A stretch of 64,000 nucleotides of DNA. Source: Clostridia bacterium (GTDB lineage Bacteria > Bacillota > Clostridia > Monoglobales > Monoglobaceae). A model generated the notes under the pieces. The model saw nothing but the letters and a program-made list of their open reading frames with translations. It was not told where the DNA came from and searched no databases. Position numbers and translations under genes: made by a program. Positions 10,703 through 21,256 of the stretch are shown here, one piece after another (the stretch's first letter is position 1; the number at the start of each line of letters is the position of its first letter). The DNA is taken from the NCBI GenBank assembly GCA_045586925.1, contig JAZNBG010000035.1, positions 6,417-70,416 of the forward strand. The letters are read 5' to 3'.

Positions 10703-11596
10703 ATGAAAAAATATAGTTTTGAAATGCTAAAAGCTGACATTGAAACACTTGTACAAAGATTTCCTCAGGTCGAGTGGGGCAGCATAGGGAAGTCTGTGTG
10801 GGGTAACGATTTGTATTACATAAAGCTGGGGCACGGAAAAAAGAAAATTTCATACAATGGTGCTCATCACGGTATGGAATGGATAACATCGGCGTTGCTG
10901 ATGGAATTTGCAAAGGTTTTTCTTGATGCACAGCGGGCAGACAAATGCCTTTGCGGATTTTCTGTTGGAGCATTATGCGAAAAAACTTCCTTATATATAA
11001 TACCAATGGTAAATCCTGACGGCGTAGAGCTATCGACAAAAGGCTTGTCTCGATGGCTAGCCAAAAACGAACGTGATTATCTTATAAAATGCAACGGCTC
11101 GGAAGATTTTACAAAATGGCAGGCAAATGCACACGGCGTTGACTTAAATCACAATTACGATGCAATGTGGCAACAATCCAAAGCTATGGAAAGGGAGTAT
11201 GGAATTTTTGGACCGGGGCCAACACGTTTTTCGGGAGATGCGCCCATATGCGAGCCGGAGAGCCGTGCCCTTGCAGAATTTACTGTCAAGCACGATTTTG
11301 AGATGGTGCTTGCTTTTCACAGTCAGGGCAAGGTGATTTATCAAGGCTTTCAGGGCAAAGAACCGCCCGTGTCAATCAAAATTGCAAACGCCTTTGAATT
11401 AATTTCTCCATATAAAGTCGATACCACCGAGGGAATAGCATCTTTTGGCGGATATAAAGATTGGTTTGTTGACAAATTCTGTCGTCCGGGCTTTACAATA
11501 GAGGTTGGCGAAGGCACAAATCCTCTGCCTTACGAAAATCTTCCTATAATATATAAGGAGACCCTTCCTTTATTGTTAGGCGCAATGACTGTATAA
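10703..11596 (+). CDS. M14 family zinc carboxypeptidase (gamma-D-glutamyl-diamino acid peptidase-like)
   Basis: HHGMEW zinc-binding motif with a downstream His and Glu, typical of M14 peptidases. Confidence 0.65.
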   Translation: MKKYSFEMLKADIETLVQRFPQVEWGSIGKSVWGNDLYYIKLGHGKKKISYNGAHHGMEWITSALLMEFAKVFLDAQRADKCLCGFSVGALCEKTSLYIIPMVNPDGVELSTKGLSRWLAKNERDYLIKCNGSEDFTKWQANAHGVDLNHNYDAMWQQSKAMEREYGIFGPGPTRFSGDAPICEPESRALAEFTVKHDFEMVLAFHSQGKVIYQGFQGKEPPVSIKIANAFELISPYKVDTTEGIASFGGYKDWFVDKFCRPGFTIEVGEGTNPLPYENLPIIYKETLPLLLGAMTV

Positions 11597-11662
11597 AGTC
11601 TTGCTAAACCGACAGATATGTGATATACTTACCAAAGAAAATAATCCGAAAGGAATGTTGAT

Positions 11663-12982
11663 ATGACACAGGGAAAAAGGATAAAAGTTATCGGCGCAGG
11701 TCTTGCGGGATGCGAGGCTGCGTGGCAGCTTGCAAACAGGGGCGTTTTTGTGGAACTTTATGAAATGAAACCGCAAAAATTTTCTCCGGCACATAAAAGC
11801 CCCGACTTTGCGGAGTTGGTTTGCAGCAACTCCTTTCGTGCAGACGGAATTTACAATGCAGTCGGTTTGCTTAAAGAGGAGATGCGTCGGCTTGGGTCAT
11901 TGATTATGGAATGTGCAGATAGCGTAAAGGTTCCGGCAGGGGGAGCTTTGGCTGTTGACCGTGATGCCTTTTCAAAAATGGTTACTGAAAAGATAAAAGC
12001 CCATCCCAATATAAATGTAATTGAAGAAGAAGTGACAAAAATCGATACTGATGAATATACTGTTATAGCGGCAGGACCTCTGGCTTCAGATGCCATTGCC
12101 GAGCAGATACTACAGCTAACAGGCAACACAGCTCTTCATTTCTATGATGCGGCAGCACCGATTGTTTCGTTTGAAAGTATTGATATGTCAAAAGCCTTCA
12201 AGGCGGCACGTTACGGAAAGGGCGGCGATGACTATATCAATTGCCCTATGAATAAAGAAGAATACATTGCCTTTCGTGAAGAATTGGTCAATGCCGAGGC
12301 GGCACAGCTCCACGATGGAGTGGAAAATCCAAAAGTGTTTGAAGGCTGTATGCCGATCGAGATTATGGCGGCACGTGGCACAGATACAATGCGTTATGGA
12401 CCGTTGAAACCTGTTGGACTTACCAATCCGCATGACAACAGCCGCCCTTATGCGGTGGTGCAGCTTCGTCAGGATAATGGCGCTGCAAGTATGTATAACA
12501 TAGTAGGCTTTCAAACCCATCTTAAATTCGGCGAACAAAAAAGGGTGTTTGGTATGATTCCGGGACTTGAAAATGCTGAATTTGTCAGATATGGTGTTAT
12601 GCATCGCAACACCTATATAAATTCTCCACAACTGCTAAGCAGTAATTATAGTATGAAGGAATTTCCCAAAGTGTACTTTGCGGGACAGATAACCGGTGTT
12701 GAAGGGTATATCGAATCTGCGTCCTCGGGTCTGTGGGCAGGATTGAGCGCGGCTTGTACGATTAGTGGCAAGGATGCGCCTGAAATTTCTGCAAAGACAG
12801 CAATGGGAGCTTTGGCAAAATATATATCCAACACCGCTGTTACGGACTTTCAGCCTATGAATGTGAATTTTGGCATTTTCGAGGATTTGGGTGAGCGGAT
12901 TAAGGACAAGCGTGAAAAAGCAGAACGATATGCTGCAAGGAGTTTTGAAGAGATAGATAGAATTGCCAAAGAGGTTAGTTAG
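11663..12982 (+). CDS. trmFO: methylenetetrahydrofolate--tRNA-(uracil-5-)-methyltransferase
   Basis: FAD-binding [12 protein letters not shown] start and the TrmFO/Gid family body. Confidence 0.92.
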   Translation: MTQGKRIKVIGAGLAGCEAAWQLANRGVFVELYEMKPQKFSPAHKSPDFAELVCSNSFRADGIYNAVGLLKEEMRRLGSLIMECADSVKVPAGGALAVDRDAFSKMVTEKIKAHPNINVIEEEVTKIDTDEYTVIAAGPLASDAIAEQILQLTGNTALHFYDAAAPIVSFESIDMSKAFKAARYGKGGDDYINCPMNKEEYIAFREELVNAEAAQLHDGVENPKVFEGCMPIEIMAARGTDTMRYGPLKPVGLTNPHDNSRPYAVVQLRQDNGAASMYNIVGFQTHLKFGEQKRVFGMIPGLENAEFVRYGVMHRNTYINSPQLLSSNYSMKEFPKVYFAGQITGVEGYIESASSGLWAGLSAACTISGKDAPEISAKTAMGALAKYISNTAVTDFQPMNVNFGIFEDLGERIKDKREKAERYAARSFEEIDRIAKEVS

Positions 12983-13034
12983 CATAAAAAACACCTTTAT
13001 TTTCCAAAAGTTGCTTTTAAATTACAAAAAACAC

Positions 13035-13063
13035 TTGACATAATTGACAAAGAGTATTACAAT
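13035..13063 (+). promoter_or_regulatory. distal promoter of the S-layer gene (TTGACA-17-TACAAT)
   Basis: TTGACA at 13035-13040, 17-nt spacer, TACAAT. Confidence 0.4.
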
Positions 13064-13205
13064 ATATGACGTAGAAGTTTGTTTTTTAAAACAATATGTT
13101 GTTGTTTGAAAAAACAATAAAGAAAATATATAATATTTCTGAAATACCGAATTTGACAAAAGAATTTAAAATGTGTTACAATAATGTTACATTTTTAAAT
13201 TGGTG

Positions 13206-13235
13206 TTGACACATCCGGTGTTTTGGTGATATAAT
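13206..13235 (+). promoter_or_regulatory. proximal promoter of the S-layer gene (TTGACA-18-TATAAT), giving a ~170-nt leader
   Basis: TTGACA at 13206-13211, TATAAT at 13230-13235. The leader contains a CCTCCC/GGGAGG hairpin of the kind that stabilises S-layer mRNAs. Confidence 0.5.
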
Positions 13236-13405
13236 CAACCTAAGTTAATGGGAGTAGTACGCAATGATGTGTGTTTCCCGTTAACAAAGCCTCCCTTACC
13301 TAAATGGAGGGGGACCACACAAATCGTGGTGGTGGGTTTATTCTTATTTATTACTTTGTAAAAAAATTAATAAACATATATTTATTTTTAAAGGAGGATT
13401 TGAGA

Positions 13406-16309
13406 ATGTATAATCTCAAAAAAGTGATTGCTTCTATCTGCGTTATCGCTATGATGCTCACAACTGTTGCTTTTGGTGCAACATACAGTGACGTTGCAGA
13501 AGATAGTGCTTACTATGAAGCAGTTGAAACACTCAACAAACTCGAAATCGTTACAGGTTACGAAGACGGTACTTACAAGCCCGAAGAAGGCGTAACAAGA
13601 GCTGAAATGGCTGCTCTTATCGCTAGAATCCAGGGTTATGGCGACACTGCTGCCGGCAGTGCTAACACAGCTTTCGTTGACGTTCCCGCAAGCCACTGGG
13701 CATCTGGCTATGTTGCTAATGCTGCTGGTATGGGCATCATCAACGGCTATGGCGACGGCAACTTCGGTCCCGATGATCCCGTTCTTTACGAACAGGCTGT
13801 TAAGATGATCATGGCAACTCTTGGCTACACACCTTACGCTGAAAACAACGGTGGTTACCCTGGTGGTTACCTCGCTGCAGCACAGAGATATGATGTAGTT
13901 AACGGCGTTTCAAACGCTACAATGGGTACAAAGGCTAACCGTGGTACAATTGCACAGCTTCTTGTTAATGCAATTGACACACCTCTTATGGCTCAGAAGA
14001 CTTGGGCTACAGATGGTTCAGCTGAATACGTTATCTATGATGGCGAAGACAACCCTCTTAAGACTCTTATGAGTGTAAACCTTGGTTACGTTAAGATCCG
14101 TGGTATCGTTACAGAAAACGCATACACTGACCTTGATGCTGTTAAGTCAATTGACACATCAGTAGAAGAGACAGTTGAAATCGTTATTTCTGACGCATTT
14201 GACACAGCTAACAAAGACTTCCAGGATACAGACAGCACAACAGCTGGTATTCAGTATGAAGTAAGAGATTACCTCGTTGGCGCAACAGATGCTGCTGATT
14301 TCCTTGGTAAGTCAGTTCTTGCTTATGTAAAGAAGCTTGACAACAATGATTACGAAATCGTTTCTATTGCAATTGATACTGCAAGAAATGATGTTCTTGA
14401 AATCGACCTTACACAGTTCAACCAGATTAACGGTCAGGGTAAGTTTGAATACTTCAAGACAGAAGATGCTAAGTCTGCAACAGCTGTAGTTGTTGAAGAA
14501 GACGTAGTTGTATTGAATGGCGATGGTAATGAAACTCTTGCAAGCGTATTCGGTGTTGCAGTTGCTAATAATGGTGCAACAGAATTTGGTGGTAAGATTA
14601 CTCTTATCGACAACGATACAATAAATGGTTATGATGTAATCTTTGTTGAGATTGCTGAAACAGCAGTTGTTAAGAAGGCTGAAGAAGGTTATGTTACATT
14701 CAAGGCTAACACAGCTCTTAACACTCTCGGTGAACTTGTAATTGATGAAGAAGATGAAACTGTTATCATCAACATCACAAAGGATGGCGAAGCTATTGCT
14801 GCTGCTGACCTTAATGAATGGGATGTTCTTTCAATTATTACAAATGCAAATGGTTCATACATCAACGCTGAAGTAATTACTAACTCTGTTGTTGGTACAA
14901 TTAAGTCAGTTTCTAAGTCAACTCCTTCTGCAAATGATAATGCATACACAATTGAAGGTACAAAGTATGACGTAGCTCAGGGCGCTTATGGTTTGAGTGA
15001 CCTTGCTATCGGTGCTGGCGGTACATTCTACATTGATAAGTATGGCAAGATTGCCGCATTCAACGAAGACGCAGCTCTCGCTTCAGGTGTTGCTGCTAAC
15101 TATGCTTATGTAACAGCTACAGCTATTGACACAGATGTTCTTACTAATGCAAACACAGCTCTCATTCAGATGGTTACAGCTGATGGTGTTGTAGCTCTTA
15201 ACGTTAAGACTACAAATGCTAAGATCAACGGTGCTGTATTTGATGCAGATGCTGCTGGTGCAGCTGCTACATTGACAGCTCTTGAAAACACTGTTGTTAA
15301 GTACACAAAGAACTCAGCTAACCTTATTACAGCTATCACAGCTGCTGACGTTCCCGGCGAAGATTTCGTAAGTGTTGCTCAGTCTGGTACACAGACATAT
15401 GATGCTGAAAACGGCAAGTTCACAAACTTCTACCTTGATGCAGATGCACTTGTATTCTTTATCGATGGTACTGATGTTGAAGACAGCTTCCTTGGTTCAG
15501 TTGCTGACCTTGAAGACGAAACACCTTACACAGTTAATGCTCTTTATGCAGATGAAAAGGCTGAAGACAACAACATTCTTGTTGTAGCAGGTGGCGTTGG
15601 TACAGTTAGCCCCAAGACAAACATGGGTGTTCTTACAGCTGTTGGCACATCTGAAAACGAAGATGGCGAATCTATCTACGCTGTAGAAGTTATGGTTAAC
15701 GGTGAAACAATCGTTGCTAACACAACTTCAGACGTATACAACGATGTAAATGTTACTAACCTCACAGTTGGTGATATCGTTAAGGTTAAGGTTGGCAGTG
15801 ATGGTCTTATCTCTTCACTCGAAATCGTTTACAACTTCGCTGAAGGTGTAAGAACATTTGATGCTACTACACTTGCAAACAATGCTGTTACAGCTGCAGT
15901 TGGTACTCCTTCAACAGCTAAAGAAGCATACGTTGGTGGTAAGGTAACATTCTATAAGGATAGCTCAACACAGGCTGACGTTGATGTTGATGGTGATGAC
16001 ACTGCTGATGCAACAATCAAGCTTTCACAGGCTCAGAATGTTTACGTTATCGATGCTAACGGCAGAAATGTTAACATTAAGAAGAACGGTGCTTTCAAGG
16101 CATATGAGTCACTTTACAAGACAGGTCTTGTTGACGTAAAGGTTTCTATCGACCGCGGTGCTGATATCACAGCAACTCAGGCTGATGCTCAGAAAGCTGC
16201 TGACTACGTTTACGCAAGAGTTTATGACGGTAAGGTTGTAGACCTCGTAATTGTTAAGGGTATTGCTGACATGATCGTTCGTGACGGCGCTGCTGTTCCT
16301 GCAGTATAA
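13406..16309 (+). CDS. S-layer protein with three N-terminal SLH domains
   Basis: Signal peptide, three SLH repeats (FSDV.. / GYEDGTYKP / GYGDGNFGP), then ~800 aa of Thr/Ala/Val-rich low-complexity sequence. AAGGAGG RBS. Confidence 0.85.
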   Translation: MYNLKKVIASICVIAMMLTTVAFGATYSDVAEDSAYYEAVETLNKLEIVTGYEDGTYKPEEGVTRAEMAALIARIQGYGDTAAGSANTAFVDVPASHWASGYVANAAGMGIINGYGDGNFGPDDPVLYEQAVKMIMATLGYTPYAENNGGYPGGYLAAAQRYDVVNGVSNATMGTKANRGTIAQLLVNAIDTPLMAQKTWATDGSAEYVIYDGEDNPLKTLMSVNLGYVKIRGIVTENAYTDLDAVKSIDTSVEETVEIVISDAFDTANKDFQDTDSTTAGIQYEVRDYLVGATDAADFLGKSVLAYVKKLDNNDYEIVSIAIDTARNDVLEIDLTQFNQINGQGKFEYFKTEDAKSATAVVVEEDVVVLNGDGNETLASVFGVAVANNGATEFGGKITLIDNDTINGYDVIFVEIAETAVVKKAEEGYVTFKANTALNTLGELVIDEEDETVIINITKDGEAIAAADLNEWDVLSIITNANGSYINAEVITNSVVGTIKSVSKSTPSANDNAYTIEGTKYDVAQGAYGLSDLAIGAGGTFYIDKYGKIAAFNEDAALASGVAANYAYVTATAIDTDVLTNANTALIQMVTADGVVALNVKTTNAKINGAVFDADAAGAAATLTALENTVVKYTKNSANLITAITAADVPGEDFVSVAQSGTQTYDAENGKFTNFYLDADALVFFIDGTDVEDSFLGSVADLEDETPYTVNALYADEKAEDNNILVVAGGVGTVSPKTNMGVLTAVGTSENEDGESIYAVEVMVNGETIVANTTSDVYNDVNVTNLTVGDIVKVKVGSDGLISSLEIVYNFAEGVRTFDATTLANNAVTAAVGTPSTAKEAYVGGKVTFYKDSSTQADVDVDGDDTADATIKLSQAQNVYVIDANGRNVNIKKNGAFKAYESLYKTGLVDVKVSIDRGADITATQADAQKAADYVYARVYDGKVVDLVIVKGIADMIVRDGAAVPAV

Positions 16310-16331
16310 TATCACAATTAGCTTAATTTAA

Positions 16332-16361
16332 AGAGACGGCATTATGCCGTCTCTTTTTTTG
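16332..16361 (+). terminator. intrinsic terminator of the S-layer gene
   Basis: AGAGACGGC-ATTAT-GCCGTCTCT hairpin followed by TTTTTTTG. Confidence 0.85.
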
Positions 16362-16513
16362 TCCATTTTGAATGTCCATAGTAACTAAACTAAAAAGCTT
16401 TACCTTTATTTGTCGAGAAAGATGGAGTGAGAAGGCAAAATGGTGGTATTATTTGCCTGTTGCACAAACAGGAATATTATGATAAAATAAAATGTATAAT
16501 ATTAGAAATTACG

Positions 16514-17965
16514 ATGCAGGCGGAGGTTTTTGATTTGAAAAGAAAAAGTGGTGTTCTTATGCACATTTCATCATTGCCGGGGGATTATTCCTGCGGCAGT
16601 TTTGGAAAAGATGCAAAGAAATTTGTTGATTTTTTGGCAGACTGTGGGTTTTCATATTGGCAGGTTCTGCCGTTTTGCCCTGTGGATGAATATAATTCTC
16701 CGTACAAATCATATTCTACGTTTGCCGGTAATCCATATTTTATAGATCTTGAAATACTTTATGGCAAGGGCTTGATTACCCGTGCCGAGCTTGACGAAGC
16801 AAAACAAGGCTCTCCTTATTTGTGCGAGTTTGAACGACTTTCTACAGACCGTCTGTCTTTGTTGTTAAATGCATCAAAGCGTGTTAACAACAAAGAGGAA
16901 ATAAAACAGTTTATTTTGGAAAATTCGTACATAGAAAGTTTTTGTAGGTTTATGGCGTTAAAGACTGCTAACGATAATATTCAATGGCAGAATTGGGAAA
17001 ATGAAAGTTATGATGCCGATGTTCTTTTTATGTGGCAGTTTATTCAATATGAATTTTTTGCTCAATGGAAGGAAATAAAAAACTATGCCAACAAAAAGGG
17101 GATTGAAATTATTGGGGATATTCCCTTTTATGTATCTCCCGACAGTGCAGATGTATGGGCAAAAAAGGAGCTTTTCCAACTTGACGAAATCGGGTTTCCC
17201 ACATCTGTTGCGGGTGTACCTCCCGATTATTTTTCGGAGGATGGCCAGTTATGGGGAAATCCATTATACAACTGGGATAAGATGGAGTCAGATGGTTACA
17301 GGTGGTGGCTTGACCGTATAGAGTTTATGCTGAAGATTTTCGATGGACTAAGAATTGACCATTTTCGTGCCTTTGAGTCATATTGGGCAGTACCTGCAGA
17401 TGAAAAGACTGCAAAAAATGGAGAATGGATAAAGGGTCCGGGTATGGACCTGATTGCAAAAATCAATGAGATTGCCGGAGATAAACTTATTATTGCCGAA
17501 GATTTAGGGCATATCACCAAAGAGGTTGAGCAGCTTGTCGAAGATAGCGGATTTCCGGGCATGAGGGTCTTTCAATTTGGATTTTTTGGTGGCGAGTCAA
17601 CCCATATGCCACACAATTACAAAAACAACTGTATTGCATATGCCGGAACTCACGACAACAATACCCTTCTTGGCTATCTGTGGGAGCTTGATGCTGAAAA
17701 TCGTCGCAATATGCTTGAATACTGTGGATATACAGACAACGACTGGACACAGGGTCTTGCGGCAATGCAACGTACAATATGGGCAAGTTCGGCAGGGGTG
17801 GTTATGTTTATCATTCAGGATCTGTTAAAATTTGGTTCGGACACAAGACTTAACTTTCCCGGCAGGGCAGAAAACAACTGGCGTTTTCGTGTGACACAGG
17901 AACAGATTAATTCTATTAGTAAAGAAGAGTTTAGACGGCTGAATGAAATTTATTACAGAACATAA
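16514..17965 (+). CDS. malQ: 4-alpha-glucanotransferase (amylomaltase, GH77)
   Basis: GVLMHISSLPG...SFG start and the GH77 body. The start is ambiguous between ATG 16514 and TTG 16535. Confidence 0.88.
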   Translation: MQAEVFDLKRKSGVLMHISSLPGDYSCGSFGKDAKKFVDFLADCGFSYWQVLPFCPVDEYNSPYKSYSTFAGNPYFIDLEILYGKGLITRAELDEAKQGSPYLCEFERLSTDRLSLLLNASKRVNNKEEIKQFILENSYIESFCRFMALKTANDNIQWQNWENESYDADVLFMWQFIQYEFFAQWKEIKNYANKKGIEIIGDIPFYVSPDSADVWAKKELFQLDEIGFPTSVAGVPPDYFSEDGQLWGNPLYNWDKMESDGYRWWLDRIEFMLKIFDGLRIDHFRAFESYWAVPADEKTAKNGEWIKGPGMDLIAKINEIAGDKLIIAEDLGHITKEVEQLVEDSGFPGMRVFQFGFFGGESTHMPHNYKNNCIAYAGTHDNNTLLGYLWELDAENRRNMLEYCGYTDNDWTQGLAAMQRTIWASSAGVVMFIIQDLLKFGSDTRLNFPGRAENNWRFRVTQEQINSISKEEFRRLNEIYYRT

Positions 17966-17983
17966 AAACTTAATAACCTTAAA

Positions 17984-18010
17984 ATAACGCTGTAAAGCGT
18001 TATTTTTTTG
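17984..18010 (+). terminator. intrinsic terminator of malQ
   Basis: TAACGC-TGTAAA-GCGTTA hairpin followed by TTTTTTTG. Confidence 0.75.
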
Positions 18011-18066
18011 CATACAATCTTTTAAACTGCAAATAATACTAAAAATACTAAATCGGAGGAAAGTAT

Positions 18067-18516
18067 ATGGATTTTACTAAGCAGGACTATTCCAGTTATA
18101 TAGAACAAAAATCGCCAAACAGCAAGCTGTGGAAAAATATTTTATGTGCCTTTGTAATCGGTGGTATTATCTGCACAATAGGGCAGGCTATAGGCAACAT
18201 TTATAAAATCGTCTTTGGTCTTAATGAAGAAAGCGTAAAGACTGCAGTACCAATAACAATGGTGTTTTTGGGTGCTTTGCTTACGGGGTTTAATGTATAT
18301 AACAAAATTGCAAAAGTTGCAGGAGCAGGAACGTTAGTACCCATTACCGGTTTCGCAAATGCTGTAGTGTCACCTGCAATTGAATTTAAGCGCGAGGGGT
18401 ATGTGCTGGGGGTGGCTGCAAAAATGTTTACCATTGCAGGACCTGTGCTTGTATATGGAATAAATACCTCAATTGTATTGGGACTTTTATATTATCTTTT
18501 TGGGCTGGGGGTGTAG
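18067..18516 (+). CDS. spoVAC: stage V sporulation protein AC
   Basis: 149 aa, 4-TM SpoVAC signature (VPITGFANAVVSPAIEFKREG); GGAGG RBS. Confidence 0.9.
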   Translation: MDFTKQDYSSYIEQKSPNSKLWKNILCAFVIGGIICTIGQAIGNIYKIVFGLNEESVKTAVPITMVFLGALLTGFNVYNKIAKVAGAGTLVPITGFANAVVSPAIEFKREGYVLGVAAKMFTIAGPVLVYGINTSIVLGLLYYLFGLGV

Positions 18517-18518
18517 TT

Positions 18519-19166
18519 GTGGATAAAAGACTTGGCGTACAAACTGTAAAAATGGAGCATCCTGTCAATATTCTTTCTGTGGCAAGTGTGGCAGGACAAA
18601 AGGAGTCGCAAGGCCCTTTGGCACAGCATTTTGATATCATTATGGAAGATGCCGAATGGGGCGAGCAAACTTGGGAAAAAACCGAGAGTAAGATGCAAAA
18701 ATCAGCGGTTATACGTGCTGTTGAAAAGGCTAGGGTTGACATTAAGGATATAAACTATCTTTTTGCAGGAGACCTTCTTAATCAGTGTATCAGTTCAACC
18801 TTTGGGCTAATGGATTTTGATATTCCCTTTATGGGAGTTTACGGTGCTTGCTCTACAATGGCAGAGACAATCGGACTTTCGGCAATAGCTATTGACGGCG
18901 GTTTTGCTAGGCTTGCGGCAGCAGTGACGTCAAGTCACTTCTGTACGGCTGAACGGCAGTACAGAAACCCGTTGGAATATGGTGGTCAGCGAACGCCTAC
19001 AGCACAATGGACTGTTACAGGCTCTGGGGCGGCAGTGCTTTCCAAAGAGGGGAAAGGCCCATATGTGACACATTTTACCTCGGGAAAGATTGTTGATTAT
19101 GGCATAAAGGATGCCAATAATATGGGTGCAGCGATGGCACCTGTAAGTGTTAAACTAACACCATAA
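18519..19166 (+). CDS. spoVAD: stage V sporulation protein AD, 5' part, interrupted by the element
   Basis: 207 codons match the SpoVAD N-terminal two-thirds (GACSTMAE, SSHFCTAERQYR, GGQRTP). After ...MGAAMAP it runs into 7 foreign codons (VSVKLTP*) at the left element junction. Confidence 0.9.
   Translation: MDKRLGVQTVKMEHPVNILSVASVAGQKESQGPLAQHFDIIMEDAEWGEQTWEKTESKMQKSAVIRAVEKARVDIKDINYLFAGDLLNQCISSTFGLMDFDIPFMGVYGACSTMAETIGLSAIAIDGGFARLAAAVTSSHFCTAERQYRNPLEYGGQRTPTAQWTVTGSGAAVLSKEGKGPYVTHFTSGKIVDYGIKDANNMGAAMAPVSVKLTP
19140..19166. other. attL: CCTG core plus the element-side half-site ending in arm ACACCATAA
   Basis: The sequence after the last native spoVAD codon (cct) diverges from the 3' part of the gene. 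The 9-bp arm at 19158-19166 is the exact reverse complement of 55684-55692. Confidence 0.7.
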
Positions 19167-19271
19167 GGCGATGTGCTAAATCTCTACAAATTATGCGCTT
19201 TTAAGCCTGATTTTGCATTTTGAGAGGTGATGGTTTAACACTTTTTATTATGGGAAGACGGAGGGGTGAAA

Positions 19272-19625
19272 GTGAGAAAAATTTATACTTATGGGAATGT
19301 ACAAAATTTTATAGAAAGAAGTGATGAAAAACTTAAAAACAAATTTCAAAATATTCTTGCCTATATCTCAAATGAGAAAAACGAACTTCGTGAACCTTAT
19401 GTGAGACATATTTCTCAAAACCGATTTAAAGGACTTTATGAAATAAGACTAAAGGTATCGGGAGCTATGTCAAGAGTTGTCTTTTCAAAGCAAGACGAAA
19501 ATATCATCCTTTTATATGCTTTTTATAAGAATGACAAGAAAGACACCAAAAGAGCACTTGAGCATTCGCTCAGGTTGTTAAATGACACAAGAAAAAATAA
19601 TTACAAGGAGGTACTTATAGCATGA
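19272..19625 (+). CDS. RelE/HigB-type toxin-like protein (Gp49/DUF891 family)
   Basis: The EPYVRHI...GLYEIRLK...RVVF...ILLYAFYK pattern matches phage Gp49/HigB-like toxins. GTG 19272 sits 6 nt after GGAGGGG. Confidence 0.5.
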   Translation: MRKIYTYGNVQNFIERSDEKLKNKFQNILAYISNEKNELREPYVRHISQNRFKGLYEIRLKVSGAMSRVVFSKQDENIILLYAFYKNDKKDTKRALEHSLRLLNDTRKNNYKEVLIA

Positions 19626-20671
19626 GGAAAATATTTGCAGTTAGTATAGTTTTGATAATTCTGTTGCTCGGGAGCGAAGTTTTTGCAGCATATATTGTTT
19701 CAGGTCAGGATATTTATATCAACGGCTCAAAAGCAGAAATGTCAGCAATAAATTTTAATGATAATAATTATGTGAAACTTCGGGATATTACAAAAGCATT
19801 GAATATTGAGATTACATACAATGCAGAAACAAATACTGTTTCAATCAATACCAACAAGCCTTACACAGAGGAAAATCCGAAAGTTGATTACATAAACGGG
19901 AAATCGTATGCAAGAGAAGATTTCACGCAAAAAGCTAATTCCGGTATTTTTAATGATGTGTATACAAGAGATGCTTATAATGCAATCAGGCAATCTATTA
20001 TTGATATTGCAGAAATTACAAATAATACCGATGAGAATGGATATAATGCAAATTATGAGTATGCTCACTTTGTTGATGACACATCTGACGGAATGGGAGA
20101 AACAATAGAAGCAATGAAATCCGTAACAGCAACAATGTTTGGTTATTACAATTTCAGTTTCGGTTATGAGCCAACAATATCAAACTTCTATGAATATCCC
20201 GGATACCGAATTTGCAAACCACAGATACATAAATACTTTGAACCAGCAAACAATGCAACCGACAGCTTTGTTGCAGAGATATCCAATTTTGCTGACCGAG
20301 AAAAAGTCAAACGGATTGCTGATTATATCTGCGAAAGGGTTGCATATAAGAATGAGAATGTTGCAGGAATAAATAAAGTATTTACAGGCACACCTCCTGT
20401 CAATGGAGTATGCGGTACTTATGCAGATGCATTTGTTTATCTTTGCCAACGAGCAGAAATTCCTTGCATATCAGTTGTTGATGATATTCACGCATGGAAC
20501 GAAGTGTATGTTGACGGCAAATGGTACACTACAGATATAAGCTATTATGATGTAGCAAGAACAGATGAATACCTGTTCCCTAAAAACTATCCTCGCACTG
20601 ATATAAACAAACAGAAAACAAATTTTACAAAAGAATTACTTGTTCCTGGAAGTACAAAAAGTACCGATTAA
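19622..20671 (+). CDS. secreted protein: copper-amine-oxidase-N-like stalk domain plus transglutaminase-like Cys-protease core
   Basis: Signal peptide; YVKLRDITKALN stalk-domain motif; a Cys...His...Asp triad context (GVCGTYADAF ... HAWNEVYVDGKWYTTD). Confidence 0.55.
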   Translation: MRKIFAVSIVLIILLLGSEVFAAYIVSGQDIYINGSKAEMSAINFNDNNYVKLRDITKALNIEITYNAETNTVSINTNKPYTEENPKVDYINGKSYAREDFTQKANSGIFNDVYTRDAYNAIRQSIIDIAEITNNTDENGYNANYEYAHFVDDTSDGMGETIEAMKSVTATMFGYYNFSFGYEPTISNFYEYPGYRICKPQIHKYFEPANNATDSFVAEISNFADREKVKRIADYICERVAYKNENVAGINKVFTGTPPVNGVCGTYADAFVYLCQRAEIPCISVVDDIHAWNEVYVDGKWYTTDISYYDVARTDEYLFPKNYPRTDINKQKTNFTKELLVPGSTKSTD

Positions 20672-20809
20672 AAACAAATTTTTAATCATATAGGGGGTTG
20701 CAAAAAAATTATTTTTTGGCCAAATTTTTAAATGTGTAGATATTGAAAAAATTGCACACCCCCTAAATGTGCTAAAAACGCAGTAATACAGGCGTTTTCA
20801 GGATGTGCA

Positions 20810-21140
20810 GAATTGTGAATTTTCAGGAAGATTTTGCACTAGTAGGGAGGGTTGCAAAATAGTCTTGAAAATAAGCACTAAAAGTTGTATCAAAGAACAG
20901 AAGTCGCCAAAGCATTTTTGCAGGGACTGTAGTTAAACATTATAATGTAGTTTTGAGTAAAAAGCAGATAAAAGAATTAAAGTTATTGCAAGAGCCTTGA
21001 AGGAAATAAGGAGTATGAACTCTAGAAATAAACTTGCAAAAGACGGAGTATTAGAGTTAAAACACACAACGCTTTGAAGAAAAAAAGAAAAGCAATCCGG
21101 CACCTTTGAAAGAACAAATCTTTTAAGGGTGCTTTTCATT
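20810..21140 (+). repeat. copy 1 of a ~330-bp diverged direct repeat (promoter-like TTGCAG-17-TATAAT, conserved blocks, terminal intrinsic terminator)
   Basis: Shares ACTAGTAGGGAGGGTTG, AGTCGCCAAAGCATTTTTGCAGGGA, AAAAGACGGAG...AAACACACAACG.TTTGAAG and a terminal hairpin plus T-run with the copy at 27850-28170. Confidence 0.6.
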
Positions 21141-21256
21141 ACTAAGAAGTCGATATAACATTACAGATTATACTCAAACACAAATTAGTAAATCATACTT
21201 GACTAATTTATTTTTATATGCTATAATGTAGATAACCTAAAATGGAGGTCATGTAT

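Noticed and set aside
18010-18060. Tried to assign a sigma-F/G forespore promoter upstream of spoVAC
   Set aside because: GCATA at 18010-18014 and AATACTA at 18044-18050 resemble the -35/-10 elements, but the spacing does not fit the consensus, so the evidence is too weak to call.
20933-21139. ORFs inside the two large repeats (20933-21139 minus strand; 27785-28003 plus strand)
   Set aside because: They are on opposite strands in the two copies and the repeats are not conserved in any reading frame. Conservation is at the nucleotide level, so a non-coding function is favoured.
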